A DNA stretch of 64,000 nt, taken from assembly GCA_049965555.1 (NCBI GenBank), contig JBMFWF010000002.1, forward strand, positions 1-64,000. Reading direction: 5' to 3'. This DNA comes from Candidatus Parvarchaeum sp. (GTDB lineage: Archaea > Nanobdellota > Nanobdellia > Parvarchaeales > Parvarchaeaceae). This document shows, piece by piece, positions 37,914 to 47,819 of the stretch (the first letter of the stretch is position 1; every line of letters starts with the position of its first letter). The notes beneath the pieces were generated by a model. That model searched no databases and was not told where the DNA came from. It saw nothing but the letters and a program-made list of their open reading frames with translations. A program made the position numbers and the translations under genes.

Positions 37914-39212
37914 ATGAATGCAAGGAAGATAGAACCAAAAAACCTGTCATTTGGAGATTTAATTGAGCTAAAAGTAAGCGATCAAACATTTAACGGTGAA
38001 TTCATAAGGGAAGAAGAAAACCTTATAATAATCAAACTAAAATCTGGATATGATATAGCCCTGCCAAAAGAGACTATTGACAGTATATCTACTATAGAGA
38101 AAGCGAAAAGCAAAGAAAGCGAAGAAGAGAAAGAGAATAAAACGAAAGTTGAAAATCCGGACATAACAATGATAACAACTGGCGGAACCATATCTTCAAA
38201 GATAGACTATAAAACAGGGGGTGTTTCGCCTTCTGTAGACAGCAACTATTATTTCCAGATATCACCCGGCCTAAAAAACCAGGGAAAAATAGCAGTAGTC
38301 AACTTAATGAGAAAGCTATCTGAGAACATGTTGCCTTTAGACTGGGTCAAAATCGCAAAGGAAGCTTATGCAAGCATAAGAAACGGCAGCAAAGGCATAA
38401 TAGTCACAAGCGGTACAGATACCATGCATTTTGCTTCAGCCGCCCTCTCTTTTCTATTGAACCCGCTTTCCGTTCCTGTAGTTTTTACAGGCTCTCAAAG
38501 GAGCACTGATAGAGGATCTACAGATGCATCCACTAACTTGCTTTTGTCGGCATTTACAGCAAAAAACTTTCCTGGCGGCGAATCGGTAATTTGCATGCAT
38601 GCAAATCTAAACGATGAGTATAATTATATATTAAGAGGAAACAAGGCTAGAAAAATGCATACTGAAAGAAGAGATGCCTTTAGGCCAATAAACATTAAAC
38701 CTCTTGGAAAAGTTTATACTGATGGAAAAATAGACGAACTTTCTTCCGAGATAATACCTAAAAAAGAAGATACAAAGTTAAACGACAAAATCGATGACAA
38801 GGTAAAATTAATATACGGATACCCCTCCATGGGCGGGGGTGTAATAGATTATTATATCGAAAACAAAGTACATGGAATCGTAATCGCCGCAACCGGTTTT
38901 GGCAACATACCATTAGAAGACAAAACAGTTGTAAGTGCATTAAAAAAAGCGGAAAAAGAGGAGATACCTATAGTTATTACATCCCAAACAATCTACGGTT
39001 CAACTAACAAGTTCGTATACAGTACTTTGCGTAAAATTTCTGGATTTAAGAATATAATATATGTGGGGGATATGACAACCGAAACTGCATTCGTAAAACT
39101 CATGTTCGCACTTGGAAACAGCAAAAAAATCGATGGAGTAAAAGAGATTATGTCAAGTAACTTAGCTGGTGAAATGAAGGAAAGGAGAGAGATAGACGAG
39201 TTTTTGATATGA
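37914..39212 (+). CDS. gatD: Glu-tRNA(Gln) amidotransferase subunit D
   Basis: IKLKSGY N-domain, TTGGTISSKIDYKTG, SENM, GTDTM, GSQRSTDR.S.D, RKMHT.RRDAF. Confidence 0.97.
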   Translation: MNARKIEPKNLSFGDLIELKVSDQTFNGEFIREEENLIIIKLKSGYDIALPKETIDSISTIEKAKSKESEEEKENKTKVENPDITMITTGGTISSKIDYKTGGVSPSVDSNYYFQISPGLKNQGKIAVVNLMRKLSENMLPLDWVKIAKEAYASIRNGSKGIIVTSGTDTMHFASAALSFLLNPLSVPVVFTGSQRSTDRGSTDASTNLLLSAFTAKNFPGGESVICMHANLNDEYNYILRGNKARKMHTERRDAFRPINIKPLGKVYTDGKIDELSSEIIPKKEDTKLNDKIDDKVKLIYGYPSMGGGVIDYYIENKVHGIVIAATGFGNIPLEDKTVVSALKKAEKEEIPIVITSQTIYGSTNKFVYSTLRKISGFKNIIYVGDMTTETAFVKLMFALGNSKKIDGVKEIMSSNLAGEMKERREIDEFLI

Positions 39213-41032
39213 AAATAAGATGTGGCTTTGAATGGCATATACAAATCGATTCCGGCAAGCTTTTCTGCCGCTGTAAATCGGAGATAAAGGAAAATAAAGA
39301 TTACTTTGAAATAAAGAGGCTAATAAGGCCCTCTTTTGGTGAAAGCGGCAAAATAGACATAAGTGCAGAATTTGAGGGTCAAAAAACAAAAAAGATAGTT
39401 TATAAGGTTTTTAATGATACTGACTGCTTAGTAGACATAGATGAGGAACCTCCCCATAATATAGACAGGGATGCTCTTTCTACTGGAGTTAATCTTTCTT
39501 ATGCTCTGAACGCGTATTTGTTAGACAACTTAATATTTATGAGAAAGACGATAGTTGATGGATCTAATACAACCGGCTTTCAGAGAACGGCGATTTTAGC
39601 GTTAAACGGCGAATTCCCATTCAAGGAAAAAAGGATAAAAATTGATACCATTTCCATAGAAGAAGACTCTGCCAGAAAGGAAACAGAGAACAAAGAAGAA
39701 ACCACCTATTTCCTAGACAGGATAGGAATACCTTTAATAGAAATTGCAACGGGCATAATAGAAACTGATGAAAATGAAGCAAAGGAGATAGCAATGCAAT
39801 TTGGAAAGTTTACGAGGCTGTTCAATGTTAAAAGAGGGATAGGCACAATAAGACAGGATGTAAATCTCTCTATTGAAGGGGGAAAAAGAGTAGAACTAAA
39901 AGGATTTCAGAATATAAGAGAGATGGATAAGGTTATATTAAATGAAGCAAAAAGGCAGGAAAATCTAATAAAAATAAAGAATGACTTTGGATATGTTACA
40001 AAAGAGATTGAAAACTGGCATTTTGAAGATATAAAAGGGGTATTCGAAAGCACAGAATCAAACATTATAAAGACTGCTGTAAAAAGCGGAAAAAGCATAA
40101 TAGGCATTAGGTTACAAGGACTGAAAGGGCTTCTCGGGACATACATTTGCGAAAACAAGAGGTTTGGAAGTGAAATAAGCGATTATCTGAAGATTAAACT
40201 AGGCTACGGGATAATGCATTCTGATGAACTACCTGCATATGGCATAAGCGAAAATGAGAAAAATAAAATAGCAGAAAGATTAAATTGCGGTGAAAACGAC
40301 TCATTTCTATTTTCAATATGCGACAATGGATATGAAAACCCCGCTATGGGAGCAATAAAAGAAAGACTTTCTTCTTTGCTTGAAGATGTGCCATCAGAAG
40401 TAAGACTTGTACAGGATGATAATACAACTAGATTTTTAAGGCCGATGGGAGGAAAAGACAGGATGTATGTTGAAACTGATTTACCCATAATAAAAATAGA
40501 TGAAGATATTTTAAAGGAGGGAAAAGAGTATATCGGGAGAAGCGTAGATTCATTGAAATCATCGCTTAACATATCTGATGAGTTTCTTGATCAACTGATA
40601 TCATCAAGGAAACTCAGCGAAGCGATATACCTGAAAAATAAAACTGGGATCGACTTTAATGCAATAATACAAATTGCAGTAGAGGACTGGAAATATATCA
40701 GAAGAAAATTTGGAAAGGAGATAGATAAAAAGGATGTAGAAGAGATATTGAAGAAAATAAAAGGAAATGAGATAGTAAGAGATTCCGCAAGAATCATAAT
40801 GGAAGGAATTGCGTTGACAGGCAAAAGCGTTGAAGAGATAATAAAAGAAAAAGGTCTTAAAAAGAAAAGCGATGAGGAACTAAGGAATGAAATAGAAAAA
40901 CTCATAAAAGATAAAAAACTGGATAAAGTCGATTCGCTCATAGTAAATCTAAAAGACAGGATAGGCACTACTTTTGAGGCTAAAGAAGCATATAAAATAG
41001 CACTAGAACTGATAAAAGATGAAAAAGATTGA
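39209..41032 (+). CDS. gatE: Glu-tRNA(Gln) amidotransferase subunit E
   Basis: G.E.H.Q, KLFC.C, CLV..DEEPPH, MRK..VDGSNTTGFQRT, DRIGIPLIEIAT, KRGIGTIRQDVN, HSDELP insertion, RMY.ETDLP. Confidence 0.97.
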   Translation: MKIRCGFEWHIQIDSGKLFCRCKSEIKENKDYFEIKRLIRPSFGESGKIDISAEFEGQKTKKIVYKVFNDTDCLVDIDEEPPHNIDRDALSTGVNLSYALNAYLLDNLIFMRKTIVDGSNTTGFQRTAILALNGEFPFKEKRIKIDTISIEEDSARKETENKEETTYFLDRIGIPLIEIATGIIETDENEAKEIAMQFGKFTRLFNVKRGIGTIRQDVNLSIEGGKRVELKGFQNIREMDKVILNEAKRQENLIKIKNDFGYVTKEIENWHFEDIKGVFESTESNIIKTAVKSGKSIIGIRLQGLKGLLGTYICENKRFGSEISDYLKIKLGYGIMHSDELPAYGISENEKNKIAERLNCGENDSFLFSICDNGYENPAMGAIKERLSSLLEDVPSEVRLVQDDNTTRFLRPMGGKDRMYVETDLPIIKIDEDILKEGKEYIGRSVDSLKSSLNISDEFLDQLISSRKLSEAIYLKNKTGIDFNAIIQIAVEDWKYIRRKFGKEIDKKDVEEILKKIKGNEIVRDSARIIMEGIALTGKSVEEIIKEKGLKKKSDEELRNEIEKLIKDKKLDKVDSLIVNLKDRIGTTFEAKEAYKIALELIKDEKD

Positions 41033-41615
41033 TTTTTACAGAGAGCTATCTAAGTTGGATAAAACAGAAAAAAACAGCCTTAAATTGGAGCAGTATTCAA
41101 CGGATATAGATACTGCCTATCGGTTCATATATTTTGTTGATTACAATGTTAGCATAGCTGGAAAAACCGTAGCAGATTTGGGCTGCGGAAATGGGATACT
41201 TGGAATAGCTGCATCATTGCTTGGTGCAGCGGAAGTTGATCTTTATGATATAGATGAAAAAGCAGTTTGCTCTACTAAACAAAACATTGAAAAACTGCAT
41301 ATTAAGAATGCAAAACCTATTCACATGGATATATTTGATGCAGATAAAAAATACGAAATTGCAGTATCAAATCCGCCTTTTGGTTTTCAAAGCAATTTCA
41401 GTCTAAATGCATTTATAAAAAAAGCAAACTCATTAGCAGAGAACATATTCTTTATCTACAAAGATAATAAAGAGATAAGGAAAATCGCAGATATTCTTGG
41501 CTTTTCAGTATATAAGATAGAAGATATAACGCTTGAAAATACGCTGCCATTCCACAAAAAAAGCTATTATAGTTTGCCGGTTGTTATAGTTTATAAAATA
41601 ACAAATAAAGTATGA
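41019..41615 (+). CDS. METTL5-family N6-adenine methyltransferase
   Basis: LEQYST, VADLGCGNGILGI, DID, NPPFG, FHKK. Confidence 0.85.
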   Translation: MKKIDFYRELSKLDKTEKNSLKLEQYSTDIDTAYRFIYFVDYNVSIAGKTVADLGCGNGILGIAASLLGAAEVDLYDIDEKAVCSTKQNIEKLHIKNAKPIHMDIFDADKKYEIAVSNPPFGFQSNFSLNAFIKKANSLAENIFFIYKDNKEIRKIADILGFSVYKIEDITLENTLPFHKKSYYSLPVVIVYKITNKV

Positions 41616-42055
41616 AAGGACAAGTAAACTTTGGAGCTTGGGTTCTTATAATCGCGATAGTTGCAATTATAATACTGCTGATATTTGATTCAACTATAAG
41701 AAGTTACATACTTACAAACCTTAGTAGCCTGGTAAGCGGGATAAAATCTGCTAGCCCGGGAGCCTTATCCGAAGTTACAACAAATTTCACTGCATATAAC
41801 TGCAGTTCCGCATGTTCACTCTTTCCAAGCTCAATCTATTACTGGACAATAAACTTCAACGGCCAAAATTACACTTATTACCTGAATAATAGCATAAGCG
41901 TTACCTCCTCTCCAGGTAATTATTCTTTAGAGGTATACCCAGTATTAACATCTAGCGGTGAATTATGCTCAAACGCGACTAACTCCGGCAAGCAGACGAA
42001 AATATTAAACATTCCGGCAGGCAAAAACTACAAATTATATTATTTGCCATGCTGA
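41612..42055 (+). CDS. Class III signal peptide (pilin-like) surface protein
   Basis: MKG|QVNF plus hydrophobic helix; S/T/N-rich body with several N-x-S/T sequons and Cys pairs. Confidence 0.75.
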   Translation: MKGQVNFGAWVLIIAIVAIIILLIFDSTIRSYILTNLSSLVSGIKSASPGALSEVTTNFTAYNCSSACSLFPSSIYYWTINFNGQNYTYYLNNSISVTSSPGNYSLEVYPVLTSSGELCSNATNSGKQTKILNIPAGKNYKLYYLPC

Positions 42056-42071
42056 GTTCAATAAGCTAAAC

Positions 42072-42919
42072 CTATTTCTTCTTGGAAACTATTATGGATG
42101 AAGATGCTACATCTATTTTATTCTTTTTAAGATAATCAAGTATACCTGAGCTAATCTCGCTCTGAGTTTTCTTTCTTTCCCACAAGTTTGTTATGTACCT
42201 TAAATTAATTTTTATGTAGTTATCATTAAATGAAATGAAAACTGTGGGGTGTATGTCCCCTCTAGATATAAAATAAGCTTTCTTTAGCTTTTCATAGTCT
42301 CTTTGTGCACCTTCAAAGAACTTTTTCGTTTTATTATCTGCTATTTTTCTTATTTCTTTTGCTATCTTATTATAGTCTGAATCAAATAGTATAGGTATGG
42401 TTATATTGTCCCAGATATACTCAAAGCCCTTTGAGAAGTTTATAACATCTTGACTCATTATCCTATTGTTTGGTATCTCAACTATTCTACCGGTGTAAAG
42501 ATCTCCCTCTACCCAGTCATTTATCTCCATTATGGTTATGAAAAACATGTTTATGTCTATTATGTCCCCTTCCTCTGTCCCTATTTTTATCCTGTCCCCT
42601 ACTTTAATCGGCCTCATAAAGAGTATTATTATCCATGCGAGGAAGCTTGTAATCGGGTCACGCAATGAAAAAGCTACCCCTGCAGAAAAAAGACCGGCAG
42701 ACAAGGCTACTATGCTGCTATCATTTACAAATAAAGATATGACTATAACAAAGTCTATAAACAGAATGACTATTGCAACTATTTTCTTCAAGTTATATCT
42801 TTGCTTGATATCGCTTATCTTAGTTATCAACTTTGATAGAAAGTATAGATAGCATATGACACTAAAGTTATCGCCAGCAATTCAAAAATTGTATATAATA
42901 GGTTTAGTGATATAATCAT
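42072..42919 (-). CDS. Second MscS-family channel with an apparent frameshift near 42845
   Basis: GLFSAGVAFSLRD, RPIKVGDRI, IPNN, INFS. An upstream ATG at 42919 with TATA encodes TM helix MIISLNLLYTIFELLAITLVSYAI, 1 nt out of frame with the main ORF 42072..42830. Confidence 0.8.
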
Positions 42920-42964
42920 ATGTAGTTGTAAAAGAGCTATTAATATTTATATATTAAACTAAAA

Positions 42965-43156
42965 TCAAGGTAAACTATTATTTATTGAGCTGCTATTTGG
43001 AGCAGAATGAATAAGACCTGTCAATGGCGAGAATATGCCACTCTTTAAAAGAAAAAGCAGAATTACCAACAATGCCAGAGCTATCACTATAATGATTATT
43101 ATAGTTATACCCAATTCCATTCCTTTATTGTTAATGTGCATAAATTTCAATGTCAT
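42965..43156 (-). CDS. Short class III signal peptide pilin-like protein
   Basis: NNKG|MELGITIIIIIVIALALLVILLF followed by a short S/N-rich tail. Confidence 0.75.
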   Translation of the reverse strand: MTLKFMHINNKGMELGITIIIIIVIALALLVILLFLLKSGIFSPLTGLIHSAPNSSSINNSLP

Positions 43157-43293
43157 TTAATACATTAATATTTTAATTACTTTATATAAACTCAAAAAAG
43201 TTAGTTTATTAAGGCATTTTAAAGAGTTATTTCTTACAGAATTGCAAAGTTTGTCTAAAATAGTTATTAATATACAAAAAACCAAAAAAAATA

Positions 43294-45201
43294 ATGAAAA
43301 TTATATACAACGGAAAGGAAAGAGAGTTCAAGGACGGAGAAAAAGCTGCAGATATCGCAAAGGAATTAAACGCTCCTAAAGATATAATTGTGGCAGAGAT
43401 AAATAACCGGCTAATAGATTTGTCTGCAGAAGTAAAAGAAGATGGCGAAATAAAATTCTTCACTTTCAACGATGATATTGGGAAGAAGGTCTTCTGGCAC
43501 TCATCCGCACATATTCTTGCAGCTGCGGTAAAAAGACTCTATCCAGAAGCAGTGCTTGGCATAGGTCCTGCAATAGATGAGGGTTTCTACTATGACATTT
43601 ATAACCTTAAAGCGGGAGACAACGACCTAGAAGATATAGAGAAGGAGATGTATAAAATAATAAAAGAAAACCAAGCTTTTGAAAGGAGAGATATATCAAA
43701 AAAAGAAGCGAAGGAACTTCTAAAGGACAACAAATTCAAACTGGAAATAATCGAAGAAGTAAACGGAAATCTAAGCATATACAAAAACGGAGAATTCTAT
43801 GACCTGTGCAGAGGGCCTCATATCCCTTCTACTGGATATATAGGCGCAGTAAAACTTTTGAAAACTTCTGGAGCTTATTGGAGAGGAGACAGCAAAAGAG
43901 AGGTGATGACTAGAATATATGGTATTTCATTTCCTTCCAAGAAAGAACTTGATGAATACATAAAATTCTTAGAAGAAAAGGATAAACATGATAATAAAAG
44001 GATAGGCAAAGAATTAGAGTTATTTGAATTCATGGACGTTTCACCAGGTTCTCCTTTTATGCTTCCAAAAGGGACCATAATTTATAATGAACTTATAAAG
44101 CTTGCTAGAGAATACGATACGAAATATGATTATAAAGAAATCATAACTCCTATGATAGCAAAGATAGATTTATGGAAAATAAGCGGGCATTTTGATAAAT
44201 ACAAGCAAAATATGTTTGAAGTCAAGCCATTTGAGTCTGATGAAGAATATGCACTTAAACCAATGAGCTGCCCATTTCACGTTCTTGTATTTAAATCAAA
44301 AACTAGAAGCTATAAAGAGCTTCCTTTAAGATTTGCAGAGCATGGCTTGGTACATAGATATGAATTAGAGGGCACATTAAACGGCCTTATGCGCACGAGA
44401 TTACTGCAGCAAAATGATTCTCACATTTTTGTAACAGGAGAGCAAATAGAAGATGAAATAATATTTGAACTTAAAGAACTTAAAGAAATCTATGATATAT
44501 TTAATCTTTCCCCGATATTCACAGTTGCAACTAGGCCAGATGAAAGAATCGGAGAAGATGAACTTTGGGACAAAGCAGAAACTGCGTTATTTAACGCATT
44601 GAAAAAAGGAGGATATAAATATACTATAAAGCCTAAGGATGGTGCATTCTACGGCCCGAAAATAGACGTTTATGTCCTAGACTTCACTGGAAAACCGGAA
44701 TCGGCTTATGCTGTCTCGACTATACAAGTCGATTTTAATTTAGCAAGAAGATTTGATGCAACGTATGTGGGCCCAGACAATAAGGAGCATATACCAGTCG
44801 TTCTGCATAGGTCTATATTAGGTTCATTTGGTAGATTTATGGGTATAATCCTTGAGAATTCAGAGGGCAAATTGCCGGTATGGCTTTCACCTGTACAGGT
44901 TAAAGTGCTTACTATAACCGAGAGAAACAACAAATATGCAGATGAAATAATAAGAAAACTTAAAGATAACGGCATAAGAGTAGAAAGTGACACTGAAAAT
45001 GGCACGCTTGATTATAGAATAAGGAAAGCTCAGCTTGAAAAAGTTCCGTTCATGATCATTATAGGAGATAAAGAAGAAGAAAAGAAAACAATCGCAGTGA
45101 GAAATAGAAATGGGAAAACAAGATATAACGTAGACATAAATGAATTCATAAATGACATTTTAAATAATATAAAAAATAGAACAAAGTATGAAGAAGAATG
45201 A
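43294..45201 (+). CDS. thrS: Threonine--tRNA ligase of bacterial/eukaryotic type (TGS plus N2 editing domain)
   Basis: FWHSSAH, GPAI..GFYYD, DLCRGPH, GAYWRGD, LKPMSCPFH, GAFYGPKID, TIQVDF, HRSILGS..RF, WLSPVQ. Confidence 0.97.
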   Translation: MKIIYNGKEREFKDGEKAADIAKELNAPKDIIVAEINNRLIDLSAEVKEDGEIKFFTFNDDIGKKVFWHSSAHILAAAVKRLYPEAVLGIGPAIDEGFYYDIYNLKAGDNDLEDIEKEMYKIIKENQAFERRDISKKEAKELLKDNKFKLEIIEEVNGNLSIYKNGEFYDLCRGPHIPSTGYIGAVKLLKTSGAYWRGDSKREVMTRIYGISFPSKKELDEYIKFLEEKDKHDNKRIGKELELFEFMDVSPGSPFMLPKGTIIYNELIKLAREYDTKYDYKEIITPMIAKIDLWKISGHFDKYKQNMFEVKPFESDEEYALKPMSCPFHVLVFKSKTRSYKELPLRFAEHGLVHRYELEGTLNGLMRTRLLQQNDSHIFVTGEQIEDEIIFELKELKEIYDIFNLSPIFTVATRPDERIGEDELWDKAETALFNALKKGGYKYTIKPKDGAFYGPKIDVYVLDFTGKPESAYAVSTIQVDFNLARRFDATYVGPDNKEHIPVVLHRSILGSFGRFMGIILENSEGKLPVWLSPVQVKVLTITERNNKYADEIIRKLKDNGIRVESDTENGTLDYRIRKAQLEKVPFMIIIGDKEEEKKTIAVRNRNGKTRYNVDINEFINDILNNIKNRTKYEEE

Positions 45202-45730
45202 GCTAAGCCACAGAGAATACAGAAAATTAAAACATAAGTTTAACAGAAACAACATCTTAATACCGCTAATTGCAACTTCTTTTGTAGTTGTGTTTCTGAT
45301 TTTTGTGTTACATGAAATAAATTTTGACATAAGAGAGATAAGCGGAGCTTCTGCACTGATATTCACTTCTTTCGCAAGCAGCGCATTTATATTGTTTCTA
45401 ATGCCATATTCCAAGGCTGCAAAGAAAACAAGATTTGTCAAAAGTTACTTAATTGCAGGCTTTTTCGGCTATCTTGGCTTTCTTCTCTCTAGTTTTATAA
45501 ATTTCTATATTATTGCAGGGACAGTAATCTTTATAGTGTCATTTTTACTGTTCGAAACCGATAGCGAACACCCTCCTGCAATCGGTATAGCAGTAGCTTT
45601 TATGATATTTAGAATTCCGATATACGGGATATTAAGCCTTCTAACAGGAGTAATTATTTTAGTTGCGGCCAAATACATAATGCAAAAAATTGGCATACTG
45701 TCCAAGGCAAGCGAGTTTAAAGTCAGGTAA
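45188..45730 (+). CDS. HPP family membrane protein
   Basis: SFASSAFILF..P.S..A and EHPPA motifs in TM context. Confidence 0.85.
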   Translation: MKKNELSHREYRKLKHKFNRNNILIPLIATSFVVVFLIFVLHEINFDIREISGASALIFTSFASSAFILFLMPYSKAAKKTRFVKSYLIAGFFGYLGFLLSSFINFYIIAGTVIFIVSFLLFETDSEHPPAIGIAVAFMIFRIPIYGILSLLTGVIILVAAKYIMQKIGILSKASEFKVR

Positions 45731-45793
45731 AATAAAGCTCAACAGGATATTATTAATTTAATAATCAAACAAAGAAAATATCCTTTAGAAAAT

Positions 45794-46024
45794 TTAATTT
45801 TTTATCAAAATAATATAAGCAGGTTTAACATCTATGTGCATCTCCAAAGAAAACCCTCTCTCTTTGGCAACAGATTTTATAGAATCCGCCAGAGACGGAT
45901 CAAAATCGTTAAATAAGATTTTTACTGCTTCGCCGCTTTTCAATTCCTTAGAAAAATTATAAGCCATTAATAAGACAAAGTAATAAGAAGAACCGACAGA
46001 AAGGACTGTTCTAATAATATTCAT
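45794..46024 (-). CDS. TusA/SirA-like protein lacking the catalytic Cys
   Basis: 76 aa; LKSGE.V.I...D.....I......G pattern and C-terminal YIILIK; overlaps the dsrE-like gene; contains no Cys. Confidence 0.6.
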   Translation of the reverse strand: MNIIRTVLSVGSSYYFVLLMAYNFSKELKSGEAVKILFNDFDPSLADSIKSVAKERGFSLEMHIDVKPAYIILIKN

Positions 46025-46443
46025 ACAGTCAGGAAAAGATAATCTTTATCATTTTTAAGCTTATTGAATATCTCAACGCCATTGACCTTTCCATCAACTA
46101 TATCTAAAAATTCAAGTTCTCCGAACTTCTTTTTAAATATTTCTACACAGGGCTGGCAAAGATACACTTTCAATTTGCCTGCTTGTTTTGCCATATTAAT
46201 TACTTTTAACCAGTCAGGGAACTCGCCAGAATCCCATATATCTAATATTGCTTTAGCGTATTCATTTTCTATATCAGATTTTGGAAATTTATTGTAAAAA
46301 TTTTTAGTTATAGCTAGAACAGAAGCCCCATTAAAGATAATCTCCGTATCAATATTGGTATTACTTGAACCAGTTAGTATGGCCTGCATGCTGTAAAAAG
46401 ATTCAACAGAATACTTCGTTACGAAAATTATTACCTTTTCCAT
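46021..46443 (-). CDS. DsrE/DsrF-like family protein
   Basis: K..IFV, IIF.G.SV..I.K, W....AK..G.LKVY.C..C, LD.VD. Confidence 0.75.
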   Translation of the reverse strand: MEKVIIFVTKYSVESFYSMQAILTGSSNTNIDTEIIFNGASVLAITKNFYNKFPKSDIENEYAKAILDIWDSGEFPDWLKVINMAKQAGKLKVYLCQPCVEIFKKKFGELEFLDIVDGKVNGVEIFNKLKNDKDYLFLTV

Positions 46444-46546
46444 TTAAAGTTAAGGATTTTTTTGTATTTAAACATAACAACAATATTAAAAGAAATCCTA
46501 ACTAGAACGTTTTTGATATGTCTTTTGGGTCTTCTTAAAAATAAAG

Positions 46547-46630
46547 CGCTCAGGGAGGGATTCGGACCCTCAAGGGATTGCTCCCATAAGCTCTCCAGGC
46601 TTACGCGATGCCAGGTTACGCAACCTGAGC
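46547..46630 (-). tRNA. tRNA-Ser(GGA)
   Basis: Reverse complement GCTCAGGTTGCGTAACCTGGCATCGCGTAAGCCT-GGA-GAGCTTATGGGAGCAATCCCTTGAGGGTCCGAATCCCTCCCTGAGCG; long variable arm and G73 discriminator. Confidence 0.9.
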
Positions 46631-46710
46631 TTAAAGCATTATATATAATTTAGAATAACTTATAAATACCTATCACAAGATATTTAACCTCCGGAATCTA
46701 ATAACAAATT

Positions 46711-46989
46711 ATGGAAGAATGGTATAAACATCAGCAAGGCAAAGTTATAAAAGAAGTAAAATTTAACGGCTATGAAGTAAAATATGTAAAGAAAGAAGAA
46801 CATGAAGATTTTCAGCCAAGAAACGAAAAATTACCTGTAAACATAGACAAAGAACAACTAAAAATAACAAAAAATGGGGAAAAGATAAAGGTAAGGAAAA
46901 AGGACAAGCTTGCGATAATAGATGCAATAAAACAAGACAACATAGACAAGGTTGATGAGATACTTAAAACATTGAAAACCAATAATTAG
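46711..46989 (+). CDS. Hypothetical Lys-rich protein
   Basis: 92-aa ORF with TTTAA-type promoter element upstream. Confidence 0.6.
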   Translation: MEEWYKHQQGKVIKEVKFNGYEVKYVKKEEHEDFQPRNEKLPVNIDKEQLKITKNGEKIKVRKKDKLAIIDAIKQDNIDKVDEILKTLKTNN

Positions 46990-46994
46990 TTGTT

Positions 46995-47402
46995 TTATTG
47001 ACTGTCCAGCATAGAAATTAACTCTTTTACCTTAGCATAGATAGTTTCAATTATTTTGGTTTTGTCCTCAACCGAAAGTCCTTCCAATGTAGGTATATAC
47101 CAGTGCTCAGCCTTTTTTATATACTCATCAGGTATAAGTATACAGTCATTTGGATCACAAACAATTATTATTTTATCAGCCATTTTTAACATTTCATTGT
47201 TGGGTGCTTTGGGAAATTGATTACTCATATCTACATCAAATTTTTCCCGCATTAATTTTATATCTGAACTGTCTATCCCTGTACCAACAGAACTCCCTGC
47301 GGCACTTATTGCTTTATGCTTTTTCGTAAGCTTATTAAATAAAGCTTCCGCGATCTGGCTTCTGCTATTGTTATATTTACAGATAAAAAGCACAACAGAC
47401 AT
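46995..47402 (-). CDS. LMW protein-tyrosine phosphatase / arsenate reductase (ArsC-like)
   Basis: P-loop FICKYNNSRSQIAEA, SA.GS, AD.II.VC....C, EHW. Confidence 0.85.
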   Translation of the reverse strand: MSVVLFICKYNNSRSQIAEALFNKLTKKHKAISAAGSSVGTGIDSSDIKLMREKFDVDMSNQFPKAPNNEMLKMADKIIIVCDPNDCILIPDEYIKKAEHWYIPTLEGLSVEDKTKIIETIYAKVKELISMLDSQ

Positions 47403-47414
47403 AAAGAGACTTAT

Positions 47415-47789
47415 TCACTGCTTCATTATGCCGGCAATTTCACTTGAAGCTTTAGAAGACTCCAAAAGAATTAAACCATAATTTGTGTTAGGATCGATCA
47501 TTATTGTAAGTATTGCATCGGTTCCTGCTTGTACTGCTACAACCCTTATGTCCTTTGACTCTGCAACTACCCTTTCTAAAGTATTTTTAGCACCAAGAGA
47601 CTTAATGGCCGTTTCTGCTGAACCTACCATTGAAGCCAGCATCGCAGCAAAAGTGTTCGGATCTACATCTTCAGGCATCAAAGAGACCATAGGTAAACCA
47701 TTAGCAGATATAACAGCAGATGCCTTTATTCCGCCGACAGTACTTAATCTTTGTAAAACACTTTTTAATTGTTCCGATTTTGTAGCCAT
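47415..47789 (-). CDS. Roadblock/LC7 (MglB-like) protein
   Basis: L..L....GI.ASAVIS.NGL, FAAM.AS..G.A, V.VE, G..AIL, N.GLI.LE. Confidence 0.9.
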   Translation of the reverse strand: MATKSEQLKSVLQRLSTVGGIKASAVISANGLPMVSLMPEDVDPNTFAAMLASMVGSAETAIKSLGAKNTLERVVAESKDIRVVAVQAGTDAILTIMIDPNTNYGLILLESSKASSEIAGIMKQ

Positions 47790-47819
47790 ATTTAATTTAC
47801 GATTTCTTTATTTAAATAA

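Noticed and set aside
46462-46653. 63-aa plus-strand ORF
   Set aside because: It is the antisense reading of tRNA-Ser(GGA).
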